Positions 25,883-39,899 are shown, counted from the stretch's first letter. The stretch is DNA of 64,000 nucleotides from Octopus vulgaris (GCA_951406725.2 OX597818.1:117738001-117802000); one strand, 5' to 3'. The notes: a model not told the origin generated them from the letters alone. Numbers and translations: made by a program.

Positions 25883-26271
25883 CTCTCTTTTACTCTTTTA
25901 CTTGTTTCAGTCATTTGACTGCGGCCATGCTGGAACACCGCCTTTAATCGAGCAACTCGACCCCGGGACTTATTCTTTTGTAAGCCCAGTACTTATTCTA
26001 TCGGTCTCTTTTACCGAACCGCTAAGTAACGGGGACATAAACACACCAGCATCGGTTGTCAAGCAATGCTAGGGGACAAACACAGACACACAAACACACA
26101 CACGCGTATATATATACATATATACGACGGGCTTCTTTCAGTTTCCGTCTACCAAATCCACTCACAAGGCTTTGATCGGCCCGAGGCTATAGAAGAAGAC
26201 ACTTGCCCAAGGTGCCACGCATTAGGACTGAACCCACTGCGTGGCACCTTGGGCAAGTGTCTTCTTCTATA
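25883..26271 (-). mobile_element. SINE family A with a 5' fold-back inversion
   Basis: 26188-26221 is inverted at 26238-26271, replacing the A-box end. Confidence 0.88.
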
Positions 26272-26419
26272 TAAAGCATAAAAAATGATATATAAAACGA
26301 TATATGATATATAAAAACGACATAGTTTGAATGTACATCGGTATAGCTTCGCGCTTAGATATGAAGGGCTGAATGACAACAGCACCATCGCACAATACTT
26401 ATCGATATGAAGGACATTT

Positions 26420-26945
26420 TCATCATCATCATCATAATCATCGTCATCATCATAATCATCGTCATCATCATCATCACCATCACGGATCACATGATCATGA
26501 TTATGAGCATGATAATAATGATGATGAAGATGACAATGACGACAATGATGAAAAACATGACAATCATCATCATCATTACCCTCCTCCTCCTGCTCCTCCT
26601 CCTCATCATCATCATCATTCCAACACCACCATTGCTAACACCCATCATTATCGTCATCGTCATCATCAACATCATCATCATCATCAATACCATGAATATC
26701 ATCGTCTCCGTCGTCCTTCTCAACATCATCGTCGTCGTTACCATCAGTATAATTAACATCATCAACATAAACATCAACAACACCATCAACAACACCGCCA
26801 CCATCAACACCATCACTAACACCACCGATCACCATCATCACCACCACTGTGATCATAATCATCCCCAAAACAGCACGCATTCCCAATTTTCTCTTCATCA
26901 CCATCACCATCACCATCGCCAGCCTCCTAAGCTTCGTCTCCACCA
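26420..26945. repeat. Degenerate (CAT/CAC/GAT)n trinucleotide region
   Basis: Directly visible; source of the poly-H/I/D ORFs. Confidence 0.9.
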
Positions 26946-27337
26946 TAATGCTTCATGCATCCCGAGGTGACGTCAACGTCGAGACTGACAACTAAGATAA
27001 TAATAACAATAACGTCCATCACATGACAACCTAATCTCATGTTAGTTAAATAAGAAAACCTAACGGGCTGTTATTAGGACGGGCAATGGCAGCTTTGAAC
27101 AAATGGCTTTCTGTGTCTGCCTTTTCAGAAGCACCGATAAACCTAAGTGCGCGCGCTCGTGTATGTATTTATGTATGTTTGTATGTATATGTGTATAGAT
27201 ATAAATGTATGTATATATGTATTTATGTATGTTTGTATGTAAATGTGTATAGATATAAATGTGTGTATATATGTATCTATATATCCATGTATGTATATGT
27301 ATATATATATATGTATGTATATGTATGTATATGTATG

Positions 27338-27379
<42 letters not shown>

Positions 27380-27413
27380 TGTCTGTATATGTATATATAT
27401 GTATGTATGCAGT

Positions 27414-27476
<63 letters not shown>

Positions 27477-28275
27477 ATATATGTATCTGCATATATGTAT
27501 TTATAGGTATATATATATATATGTGTGTGTGTGCATATACATATGTATATATATATATTTACATAGATAGATAGAGGGATATATATGTATGTATATAAAT
27601 GTACATATATTAATATATGTGTGTGTGTGTGTTTGTGTGTGTACGTACGTCTACAGTATGAGTGTATGTGAGAGTGAGAGTGTGTACGTTTGTGTGTATA
27701 TATATACATATACATGCGTATGTATATTATAGATATAAGCTTATATATACATATACCTCAAACTAACATACGCATGAATGTGAGTTGGCCCGCACTCGTA
27801 CGGAAGCCTGTACGCACGAACCAGTGTGTGTGTTTGTGTGAGTGCGCGCGTGTGTAACTGTGAGCGCGCTTGTCTACATATTTGTATATTCTGCCCCAGA
27901 CGTTTTAATTACGGAAATAAATAATTACAAAAGAATAAAAAAAACGCTTATAAATACACAATAATTACGGAAATGAATGAAATAAAAATGTGAAAGCAGG
28001 TACTTCAAAACACGAACAAAAACCGAATATTTTGCAGAAAATGGGGCATGTCAACATCGGACACTATCTGATAACCCTCTTACTGCACCAAAAGTAGAAC
28101 ATCTCTTTATGAGGTTGCTTGATCTGTGGGCGACGACAACCAAATCCCCGTCAAATATCACCGTTTCTGTTTCTTAAAAACTCGACTGTTACAATAGATA
28201 ATGCATTCCCAATAATAGAAAGTGATTGAATGATGATAGTTTGTCTTCTGCCTGGTGGGCTTTAATCTTTTTTGA

Positions 28276-28322
<47 letters not shown>

Positions 28323-29142
28323 TATCTATATGTGTGTGTGTGTGTGTGCGTATGTGTGTGTGTCACATACCACATAAGCATTATGACTAAAAAGAAAGAG
28401 TTCGTTATTCGAGCCACATACGTCGAAACGTCCATCATGTATATACATATATACACACATATATATATATATATACCTGGATGGACGGATGGCTGGGTGG
28501 ATGCATATGCATGATGTGTGTGTCTAAACGCGTATGTATGTGTATGTATAGGTTATGATTCTTCCCAACCGAGAAATCTGACGGAATACATTGCAGCATA
28601 TCGGCAAAGCGATAATATACACTGTTCTTATTCTAAAAGACAGTCTTCCAGAAGAAACCCATGATGACGCCTGACACCAATAACAGAGAACCAGACATGT
28701 TTTTGACGAGTATTAAAAACAAAAGAACAAAACAGTAAAAAAAAATAAAGGCGTCCACCAATGAATCAGTTAACAATACTTGGAGTGTATTTGCTATCTT
28801 ATTCCATGTTCATCTTATGGCAGTTATTTTGTGTTTATTCATTTATTGATTTCACATACACTACGGCCATAACTAGTTTTAGTATGTTTTAATAACTACG
28901 TGAGTACATTAATGTACAATACACTAATGGACCAAGAGGAGTTGTGCTGCATTTCGTTGATATCTCTGCTTAATTACATCTCTTACACAAAGACTCACGC
29001 ACACACACATGTATGTGTGTGAGTGTGTGTGCGTCTCTGTAGAGATAAATTGATACATATGCGTTTGTATGTGCATCAATTGTGGTGTATGTATACACAC
29101 GCATACACATATGTATACCTATGTGTATATGTATATATATAT

Positions 29143-29561
29143 TTCATATAAAATCGGTCCTGTCTGTGTTTGTATGTGTGTCTTCTAGGATCTCGGGCAT
29201 CCTCCATCCGATTGCGCTCAAATTTGATATGTAGATACTGACGGTATCAGGGTATGTATAAGTCTTGAAAAATTACAAAAATTGATTCCAGGTGAGAATG
29301 CGATCGATAAAGCCGTACTCCCAGTCAATAGCCTTATCATTACTGGTACTTTAAACTCTTCGGTTGCATATTTGTGTGAATAAAATTGTTTTTGTTTGGA
29401 ACAGAAAAAAAGGCTATCTTTGTTTCTTCTTTTGCTGGCGTCTCAAATTTAAGTTAAATTAGTGTTTCTCAAAGGAGGTGGGGGCCTATGGGACGGTCGG
29501 AAAACTTGGCTTAAACGTTTGACAACTCATCACCGTCCATTGGACAGGGGGCGTTTTGCTC

Positions 29562-29562
<1 letters not shown>
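29143..29562 (+). mobile_element. Possible Helitron/DINE-like non-autonomous element
   Basis: Starts tcatataaaa..tgtctgtgtttgtatg, contains ccgattgcgctcaaatttgatatgtagat, ends gctcgt (decayed CTAG|T?). Confidence 0.4.
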
Positions 29563-29606
<44 letters not shown>

Positions 29607-29699
29607 CAAATAAAAGACAGAAGATGGAATATACGAGAATATATTATTAATCACAACAATTGTTTCGACACATTCAGCATCGACTCCTCTTGTGGGACA

Positions 29700-29815
29700 C
29701 ACAAAAAGTGGTACAGGAGCATCTATTTAAATATGGAAGATGGAGGTCCCAGATTCATGATATTAGTAGAAAGCACAGTTTTATATACATCTTTGTTCCT
29801 TTCCGCGTAAGATCT
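29700..29815 (-). mobile_element. RTE-like LINE fragment, paralogous to 31237-31303
   Basis: Shared ~67 bp cccagattcatgatatta..agaaagcacag...gcgtaagatct. Confidence 0.55.
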
Positions 29816-30047
29816 ATATGTATATACTGCATGCAATCATGGTTTACATTATATACTTTCACTTTATATGGTATATGTGCGTCTATTCGCATGTGCAATC
29901 CAACCATCTAGATGCCCATATCATTAAATACGTGCATTGTATCATCATATCAACTCGCTTAAAAACATATTCACATACTCAACTACATATAGATGTACGT
30001 ACATAAACATACATATGTATATACACGCACACACTGTTTCTGTATAT

Positions 30048-30539
30048 CTCTTTTACGCTTTTACATGTTTCAGTCATTTGACTGTGGCTATGCTGGAGCA
30101 CCGTCCTTAGTCGAGCAAGTCGACCCCACTCATTCTATCAGTCTCTTTTGCCGAACCGCTAAGACGTAAACACACCGCCATCGGTTGTTAAGCGATGGTG
30201 GGGAGACAAACACAGACACACAAACATATACACACATACACTCACACACACACATATATATATATATGTGTATGTGTGTATGTTTGTATATATATACGAC
30301 GCGCTTCTTTCAGTTTCCGTCTAGCAAATTCACTCACAAGGTTTCTGTCGGCCCGAGGCTATAATAGAAGACACTTGTCCAAGGTACCACGCAGTGGGAC
30401 TGAACCCGGAACCATGTGATTGGTAAGCAAGCTACTTACCACACAGCCACTCCTGCACCTACACAGCCACTCCTGCACCTACACAGCCACTCCTGCACCT
30501 ACACAGCCACTCCTGCACCTACACAGCCACTCCTGCGCC

Positions 30540-30541
<2 letters not shown>
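30048..30541 (-). mobile_element. SINE family A with a five-fold tandem 20-bp head repeat
   Basis: acacagccactcctgc[a/g]cct x5 at 30441-30540. Confidence 0.9.
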
Positions 30542-30570
<29 letters not shown>

Positions 30571-30699
30571 TAAGAGAGAGAGAGAGAGAGGGGCAGACAG
30601 ACAGATATACATACATGCATACAAATACAATTGTATGTACCTACAACCAACCATTACTTGTATTATCTTCTCGGTTTAGACAAAAGAGTATCCAATCTG

Positions 30700-32759
30700 T
30701 CACTCATTTACCTAATACTTATGTATCAAACTCTCTTTAGATTTACAGAGAAACCTATTATCTTAACACATTGCAACAAAATTTAATCAAACACAAAATA
30801 ATTGGTTTTGAAGTTTCCTTGTTTCCTATCTTGAGCTTGCGTTTTTTTTTAATTCTGAAGGCTTGATATTTTTTTCGTGCATTGTTATATAATTGTATCC
30901 GAAATTTAAGTACTGTGTCATACTTTCGATTCAATCGAGGAATGTTCATGTTAAAGGAATATTTGAATGGCATAAATTGGTTTCGGTTTATTTTGTATCT
31001 TAAGAAATATATCCAATCAATTCTTAGAACTTCACGATGTTGGTTGAATAGATATTCACTGGCTAGGCGTTTCTCATGCCACTAAATTATATTACAAGTC
31101 TCTCTAAAATGAAACAGCATATGAAAATCTTGCATACTATCTGAAATGCTATATTTGTGAAAATGAAGAACATTACAAATGGAACATATAACAAGAATCT
31201 ACTATTTCTATAGGTTTCCTACTAGGACACCAGATCCCAGATTCATGATATTAATAGAAAGCACAGCTTCATAGACAACTTTGTTCCTTTCAGCGTAAGA
31301 TCTTTCCCGCAATAGACATGTCACTGCAATTCACCGAAGATGTCAGCTGCTCTGGATAACATATTTACGATCTCGTCACCCAAAGAAGCATTTTGGGTAT
31401 TTTTACTCACCGAATGCGGAAATTATTTACAGACTTCTGATCATAAATGTTTTCTGCTACTTGATTTATTGCAAAAATATGTGTAAGTTGCATGAACGTA
31501 ACTGATGCATGGTATTTCAATTTGGAATTACTTCATTTATGTTTCTCTAAAACGATTAGACCAGAAGATTTAAAAGATTGCGACAAATGTTATACACTTA
31601 AATGAACTCTTGGTATGATTCTACAAGTACTGTCTTGCAAATACCTGGAATAAGAATTAATTTTGCCCCGTTTATTGTTCTTGCATTAAGTCTCTCCTGA
31701 TGAAACAATACCAACCTACTAGTAAGAGATAAAAACTTAAATTCTTTGTCTAAATCCGTAACCAAGTACGGTATATCTGAAAAAAATAAGGAAGAAAGAA
31801 AGCAGAGACTGCAACACGTTGCTCTCACTGAAAAGTCCATATAATAAATCTGTCCAGGTTAAATAGAGTTCTCATACCCCAATGAATGTAAATAATAACG
31901 TTAAAACTTTTATCCGATTGCTTTTAGAACTTTTCTCCTTGCTATATCGAATGTCATACCAAAATTCACGAAAACGATATATAATTAGTGATTTCTCTTC
32001 TATATCTGATTTGCTAGTTGTCAAAAAGTACATAGCACAGTAATGTTCCCTCAAGTTTAAATTAATGATAATAGTCGGCGTGAATTTGTTTTCTGCAACT
32101 TCACTCGCCAGTCTCCTCAGGATAAGATGAGCTGTGACTTTACATGTGTAACAAAGAAAGGTAAAGTTGCAATGCTTATCACGATTATATTTAATGGTTT
32201 AAAAATCAAGCGCTGGAAAACATGTTCATTGCTGCATATCAGCGAAGACATTTTCAAACATTTTTGGCTCAGTCTTTTTGAAATCACATCCGTAGACCTC
32301 TGAGCATGGGCTCTCTTGCCAAATAAATTTCGTAGACATGTTTTTCAGCATGAAATTATCCAAGTTTATATAGAGATGCCAGTGGCACTCTTTGTGGAAA
32401 GGATCACAGAATATCTTCGTTGACTTTCCTTGGAATAGCTTCAAATGATTTTTATCTGCTTCAAGAAATGAAATGAAAAATTTAAGTCGGAATATATTAA
32501 AGTTAAATACCATCACAAAAAGTGTAGAATAAATGTATTAATGGTAAATCTTGCTCCACTTCACGTCGAAACTTTCACTAAAGCTGTGAAAGTGCTAGGC
32601 GTAGGAGTGGCTGTGTGGTAAGTAGCTTGCTTACCAACCACATGTTTCCGAGTTCAGTCCCACTGCGTGGCACTTTAGGCAAGTGTCTTCTAATATACCC
32701 TCGGGCCGACCAAAGCCTTGGGAGTGAATTTGGTAGGTGGAAACTGAAAGAAGCCCGTC

Positions 32760-32815
<56 letters not shown>

Positions 32816-33950
32816 ATGTTTCTGTGTCTGTTTGTCCCCCCCAACCTCGCTTGACAACCGATGGTGGTGTGTTGACGTCCCCGTAACTTAGCACTTCGGC
32901 AAAGGCGACCGATAGAATAAGTACTAGGCTTACAAATAATAAGTCCTGGGGTCGATTTGCTCGATTAAAGGCGATGCTCCAGCATGGCCGCAGTCAAATC
33001 ACTGAAGCAAGTAAAAGAGAGAATGAGAGAGAACTAGGAATCGACCTAATGCATGGATATAATTAATGCAAGACGTTCGTGGTCGGTAGTAAAAATAAAT
33101 AACAAAAACACACTGGTATGTTTACTTAAAAGAACCATGAGGTGCCAGTTTAACCCATAACATTAGCTTACCGTTGCACAAAAAACACTTGTCTGAAAAA
33201 TTAGGGCCTGAATATTGAGTACATACTTTCCACAGGCGCTCTCCGTTCATTTCTACAAATGAATGAGCGCTCACAGGAATATTTTGTCACTACATTTAAT
33301 TGAAAGCACTTGCTATTCACATCGCTGCTAAGAAACATCAGGTCAGCAAACTTCGCTCTTTTAGCTGAAAGCAGAAGTATTATCTTATGTGATACGAAGG
33401 ATTATCTGATATGATAAAAATAGTCCAAGGTGAACATTAAATTCTCAGAGGACAGTTTGTTTATACTTCAGGTTATTTTTGCACAATATGCACTGATATT
33501 TGTTATATAAAATCCCACTGGCCATATGCTGACAAGCAAGATACACCATTGTGACTCTTAGGTTGTTTATGGACAATGCAAAGATCTCTATTCGGAATAA
33601 GGGCAATATAAGAAAGAGCTGCACATAATATGAATATATTTCTGTAATATTCAAATGGAATTTCCGCCCATTCCTTACAAGCGTTTACTATTTGAACAGG
33701 AAAAAAAAAGAAGCAAAGCAGTTTTATCAATCACGAATGCTTTCTATATACGACATCCTATCTCCTCTGTAAAACACAATACCCGTGCTATAAATACCTT
33801 GATATAAATGAAGATATATCATGCAAACTTGCTCTGAACAATAGCAGAATGAACAAAGATTAATACATCTGACTGAAAGGATATGGCAGTCATATCTTGT
33901 ATTTAGTATTGAGGCAATATCTCAAATCTCCTTTACAACACAAGGATTAT
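30700..33950 (-). mobile_element. Highly decayed RTE-clade LINE (APE through RT C-terminus), split by a SINE
   Basis: Minus translation at 31440-31260, SEVCK*FPHSVSKNTQNASLGDEIVNMLSRAADIFGELQ*HVYCGKDLTLK..KVVYEAVLS, matches the RTE pattern EVV..F.YLGS....ASLDDEI..R...A...FG.L...V....L.TK..VY.AV; weaker APE/RT remnants upstream; boundaries approximate. Confidence 0.6.
32597..33030 (+). mobile_element. SINE family A, full length
   Basis: Head, internal (TA)n and tail all present. Confidence 0.9.
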
Positions 33951-35005
33951 TTCGAATGTATGGGATACTTCCTCTATAGAGGAAATGCGTTTCATATATT
34001 TCAGACTACCAAGCAGCTGATGCCAACTGGGAGCATCCAGACGAATAGTAATAGTAACAAGGTCTACCGCAGAAAACAAGGGGTGAAAGTGTTTCATATC
34101 TACCAAGGCATACTTTAAGAGCCGTATGGTATCAATCAGGGAATATCAACGAAGCAACAGTAGTAGAAAAACACAGAAAAAACTAATTTGTAAGTAGTAA
34201 AAAGAACATGCCCTGGGTTGAAAGTGAACACCTCAAGAAGTACTCATTGTTTGAAGATCATACACGCGACCTCAGAATCTCTAGATTAGCATAAGCAAAA
34301 AACCGTATGCGAAACAACCAGAAACAATAAATAAATAAATAAATGAATAAATATTAATAAATAAATAAAAGTTATGCACGGATATGTTTTCCGTAAGCTT
34401 GAGTACAGTGCTAACTTAAACAGGAAATGTAACCTCTTTTGGACTTATGAAAGCAATGTTTTTGCAATCTAAGTGAAGGAGAAAGCTACAAATTACCTAA
34501 CGAACAAAAGAGGCAGTGAAGCCTGCAAACCTCACCAGATGCAGCCGAAAATGTTGTGGAAGCTATACATATGATGAGCAGCTGCTTAAATGTGTCATTG
34601 AAGCACTATCTTACAATGCGTTGTGATGCTGTTAAAGCTATATGTGTTGATGTTTGAAAGACTTCCGTGGAATACATATGGAAAATACTTTTTTGTTGAA
34701 TACGTACATAGCTATCAACACCCAGACTGTTGGTAAGGGGCATTCCTGTCAAAACCTCAGCCAATAACAAACCTAAAAGACTTGATACTATTGTTCAATA
34801 TGGAAAGGAATATAAATATGTGCAGTTAAAGTGACCATATGCACCGAAGAAGAAAATATTTGTTCACAAAATAATGGCAAAGAAATAATTTTGCCCAATA
34901 TTTCGAAACCTGCTACTAATCTTATAAAATTTTTAAAGTTACAGATATAACTACGTGGGAAGATTCCGATAGAAAAAACTCAAATACTTAAAAGTAAAGC
35001 TAACT

Positions 35006-35160
35006 GGCGTGACTGTTTGGTACGTAGCTTGTTTACCAACTACATGGTACCAGGTTCAGTCCCACTACCTGGTACCTTGGGCAGGTGTCTTCTGCTCTAG
35101 CCTCGGCCTACCAAAGTCCTGTGATTGGATTTGGTAGACGGAAACTGAAAGAAGCCCGTC

Positions 35161-35249
<89 letters not shown>

Positions 35250-35483
35250 TGTATATATGTAGTATTTATGTGTCTGTGTTCTTCCTCCGACTATCGCTTG
35301 ACAACCGATGCTGGTGTGTTTACGTCCCCGTAACTCAGCATTTTGGCAAAAAGAGACAGATAGAACAAGTACTAGGCTTACAAAGAATAAGTCCTAGGGT
35401 CGATTTGCTCGACTATATGGCGGTGCTCCAACATGGCCACACTCAAATTACTGAAACAAATAAGAGAATAAAAGAATAAAAGA
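35006..35483 (+). mobile_element. SINE family A, full length
   Basis: Homology to the other copies. Confidence 0.88.
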
Positions 35484-35529
35484 ACACCGACCTACATAAA
35501 TTAAGGATACCCTATCACGCTGAACGATA

Positions 35530-35965
35530 AATATATCGATCAGTTCGATCAGTCATCGAATTATGGTGTAAGAGTTGGGTACTCCGCTTATACGTCCATC
35601 TAAATAATCACCCTCAGAAAGAATGAGCGGGAAAGAATATGTGACAGTTAGGGCGCATTGAATAAGCGTGAACTCCGGAACAGGGACGCAAGGGATGAAA
35701 GCGGACCCTCTAAAATTTGGGCGGGGCAATGAAAACATTTTGAACCACTTGGGTCGGATTTGGGTTTGCTCTCACTGAGAAAATTTCTTTGTCGTACTTA
35801 TGTGAATAGCAGTTAAAAATCACTCAACAGGTTATCACATATTTTAGGCCTTTTCAGTTTCCTTCTGAAAGCATTCGTCAATCTCAGGATCTTTGCAGCA
35901 AGGGGTGTTTGAGTAGGGTGCTAAAGCAATGGTTGGAACCCAAATATCATGGTTCTCGACGATAC
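35530..35965. repeat. Unclassified ~440-bp interspersed repeat, copy 1
   Basis: Colinear with 40335-40790 (tcagttcgatc...gatgaaagcgg.ccctctaaaatttggg...ggttggaacccaaat). Confidence 0.85.
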
Positions 35966-36257
35966 ACATATTCATACGTTTATATTTAGGCATAAATGCC
36001 AACGCAAACATACGTAAATTCACACAAAGAGTCATAAAGCTGACATCGAATTCAGTTGCATCAGTTTAGCTTTTATGACTCTCTTTTAAAATGGCCATCT
36101 TCTACGAATAAATACAACCAAAAACCTGTTTAAAGAACAGTAGTAATAGAGCAACGAAACAAATCTGGTGAACAACATATATTAATGATATAAAAGAAGC
36201 CAGAGTTATCAGTCTCATCTTAAGATAATTTCAAAGTTAAAAAAAAAATGCATTTAT

Positions 36258-37465
36258 AGGCGCCGGCGTGTGTTTTGTGGCAAGAAGCTTACTTTCCAAA
36301 CACGTGGTGCACGGTTCATTCTCACTGCGAGGCAATTTTAAACAATGTACGTGGTATGATCAATAAGAAGCCGGACTGTTGCCATAGAAACAAAGGTAGC
36401 GTTAAGATGCTTGGAACAGATAGACATTGGACGATGTTCTGCATGTGCACTACGCTTCAACGTTGTAGCTCACTTCCACTGTTTACAGCAGGGCTTCGAA
36501 GGGAGGTGTGTAGCGTCTGACTGTTGCATTGGCCATGACACAGAAAGTTGAGCAGAGGATCTGTATCAAATTTTGCTAAAATCTTGGGGATACTTGCTCA
36601 TAGGACTACGAAAATTCCTCAAGATATTTTAATCGTTCTCGACACAATGAAGGAGCTTTTGTGCAACTGAAACCCCATTGGTGTCTTTTTGGTCGGTCAG
36701 TTGAAAGCAGTTTTCGCACGAACTTGGCAGAGACGCGTCTCATAGCCAAATCTTCAGCGATAATTGACTGAATTGAACCGTAACTAATCTGCACAACTTC
36801 TGTAATTCGCAGATGGTGATTCGATGGTTTCCCTTCACAGCTGCATGCACATCTGCGATGTTTTTCTCATTTCTGCTTGTTAGAGGTCCTCCAGAACGTT
36901 CGTCAATATCGACATTTTGCTGGTCAACTTGGAAACGTCTGAACAGCTCGTATATTTGCGTGGCGCTCATAGATTCCTCTCCATACATTTTCTGCAACTT
37001 TGCGATGGTCACATGCTACACACCTTCCTTCCAAGCATTGCTGTAAACAGCGGAAGTGAGCTAGAACGTTAAATCTCAGTGCGCAAGCACAGCAGAGACC
37101 AAGGTCAATCTTCGCCTACGGGCTTCACACTGCATGTTTTACATTCTTTCATTTGGCAATGATCCGGATACTTATTGATCAGACCTCCGATATATATTCA
37201 ACGAGGACACACACATATGTATATAAGTGTGTGCGTGTGCATTTTGATATATTTTTGTGTCCTTCCACAACCGCTTGAAAACTGATGTTGGCGTGTTTAA
37301 ACCTCCGTAACTTAGCAGTTTGGCATTAGGAATCGATAGAATAGTATCAGGCTTAAAAAGAATAAAGAATGGGCTGTAGTCAGTTCATTCTACTAAAAGT
37401 TTCACAAGGCACTGCTCCAGCATGACTGCAGTCACGTGACTAAAGGAAGGAAAAGACAAAAGATG
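36258..37465 (+). mobile_element. Old SINE family A copy interrupted by a mariner element
   Basis: Decayed head at 36258-36347 and tail at 37230-37465. Confidence 0.65.
36348..37192. mobile_element. Rearranged non-autonomous mariner: long inverted ends and transposase remnant split between strands
   Basis: TIRs tacgtggtatgatcaataagaagccgga / tccggatacttattgatcagacctccg. Plus strand 36535-36610 gives MTQKVEQRICIKFC*NLGDT. Minus strand 37003-36615 gives AKLQKMYGEESMSATQIYELFRRF...DERSGGPLTS...RRVSAKFVRKLL. Confidence 0.9.
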
Positions 37466-37665
37466 CCAGATGCCAATGAAATGAGAACATGTGAATGCTG
37501 CATGGCAGAGAATTCAACTAATTTTTGCAATTATTGGGCGATTTTGTATGCAAGAAATGTTCAGATACCATTTTTGTGAAACCATGGTTCAAAAAACCAG
37601 AAGTGAAGCAGCTATGTAGAACGTAGCACTTTCAAACCCTTCTTGGAACTGTTGGAATGTGTAAA

Positions 37666-39270
37666 ATATTTGAGAAACCATTCCTGTAGTCTCTGCTCAT
37701 ATATGGAGTCATGCGAAAATTTGTATATGAACATAAACGTGTCATAACATAAATTCACATTGTCTAGGACATGTATTAGTTATATAATATTTCGCAAAAA
37801 TACATACGTACCCTGAGACAGTGGAACGGTCACTCCATCATTTACGACGGAGATATATATTTGAGAAACCATTCCTATAGTCGGTGCTCATATATGGAGA
37901 GATACGTAAAGTTGTATATGAACATAAACGTGTCATAACATAAATTCACATTGTCTAGGACATGTATTAGTTATATAATATTTCGCAAAAATACATACGT
38001 ACCCTGAGACAGTGGAACGGTCACTCCATCATTTACGACGGAGATATATATTTGAGAAACCATTCCTATAGTCGGTGCTCATATATGGAGAGATACGTAA
38101 AGTTGTATATGAACATAAACGTGTCATAACATAAATTCACATTGTCTAGGACATGTATTAGTTATATAATATTTCGCAAAAATACATACGTACCCTGAGA
38201 CAGTGGAACGGTCACTCCATCATTTACGACGGAGATATATATTTGAGAAACCATTCCTATAGTCGGTGCTCATATATGGAGAGATACGTAAAGTTGTATA
38301 TGAACATAAACGTGTCATAACATAAATTCACATTGTCTAGGACATGTATTAGTTATATAATATTTCGCAAAAATACATACGTACCCTGAGACAGTGGAAC
38401 GGTCACTCCATCATTTACGACGGAGATATATATTTGAGAAACCATTCCTATAGTCGGTGCTCATATATGGAGAGATACGTAAAGTTGTATATGAACATAA
38501 ACGTGTCATAACATAAATTCACATTGTCTAGGACATGTATTAGTTATATAATATTTCGCAAAAATACATACGTACCCTGAGACAGTGGAACGGTCACTCC
38601 ATCATTTACGACGGAGGTATATATTTGAGAAACCATTCCTATAGTCGGTGCTCATATATGGAGAGATACGTAAAGTTGTATATGAACATAAACGTGTCAT
38701 AACATAAATTCACATTGTCTAGGACATGTATTAGTTATATAATATTTCGCAAAAATACATACGTACCCTGAGACAGTGGAACGGTCACTCCATCATTTAC
38801 GACGGAGGTATATATTTGAGAAACCATTCCTATAGTCGGTGCTCATATATGGAGAGATACGTAAAGTTGTATATGAACATAAACGTGTCATAACATAAAT
38901 TCACATTGTCTAGGACATGTATTAGTTATATAATTCTTCGCAAAAATACATACGTACCCTGAGACAGTGGAACGGTCACTCCATCATTTACGACGGAGAT
39001 ATATATTTGAGAAACCATTCCTGTAGTCGGTGCTCATATATGGAGAGATACGTAAAGTTGTATATGAACATAAACGTGTCATAACATAAATTCACATTGT
39101 CTAGGACATGTATTAGTTATATAATCCTTCGTAAAGATACACACGTATCCTGAGACAGTGGAAGAGTCACTCCATCATTTACGACGGAGGTCTATATTTG
39201 AGAAACCATTCCAATAGTCCCTGCTCCTGTATGGAGACCTACGAACTATCACTCCACCCATTACGATGGA
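37666..39270. repeat. Tandem array of a 191-bp unit (8 full copies plus a partial one)
   Basis: gagaaaccattcc starts at 37672, 37863, 38054, 38245, 38436, 38627, 38818, 39009 and 39200; inner copies nearly identical, outer copies diverged. Confidence 0.97.
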
Positions 39271-39289
39271 AACTGTTCTCGTTGATTTG

Positions 39290-39497
39290 ATGAGCTGGAC
39301 AGCCTGCTCGTTAAATTAACATGCAAGTGGCTGAGCACTCCACAGGCACGCGTAACCTTAAAATTGTTCTCAGGGAGAATTAGCGTGACACAGAATGTGA
39401 CAAAGCTGGACATTACCATCGTGAACCGAATGCTCTAACCTATTTCTTTATTTCGTGAACCGAATGCTCTAACCATTTAGCCACGCGCCTTCCACGT
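39290..39497 (-). mobile_element. SINE family C fragments (tail and deleted head)
   Basis: Reverse complement of parts of 50452-50780; 22-bp duplication tcgtgaaccgaatgctctaacc. Confidence 0.7.
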
Positions 39498-39747
39498 GTG
39501 AGCATATAAAACTTACATTCGCGCATTCATAAACTCACACACACATACACAAACACACACTAATATATACTGTTTACTTTTTACACGTTTCAGTCATTTG
39601 ACAGCGGCCATGCCGGAGCACCCGCTTTAGTCGAACAACATATGAAATATTAGGAAAGGAAAAAATTGTAGGTGTAGTCGATCTATAATTCATAATCCAG
39701 GTTGGTACAGATCCAATATGAATTATACAAATTGCTTCGGTCCTCAC

Positions 39748-39804
<57 letters not shown>

Positions 39805-39899
39805 GGTGTGTAAGTGTGTGTGTGTATAACCTATAAATTACCTGTATAAAAAAAGGTGATTTTAGCTGCTTCATCCTACATTGGAAAGCCTGTTGAATA

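Noticed and set aside
29652-29696. Hammerhead-like 3' half on the minus strand (stem II, GAAA-caauug-UU)
   Set aside because: CUGA core absent (aagagga), and the site abuts an RTE fragment; at best a truncated relic.
37666-39270. CRISPR-like array
   Set aside because: Whole units repeat with no unique spacers; no cas genes; eukaryotic context.
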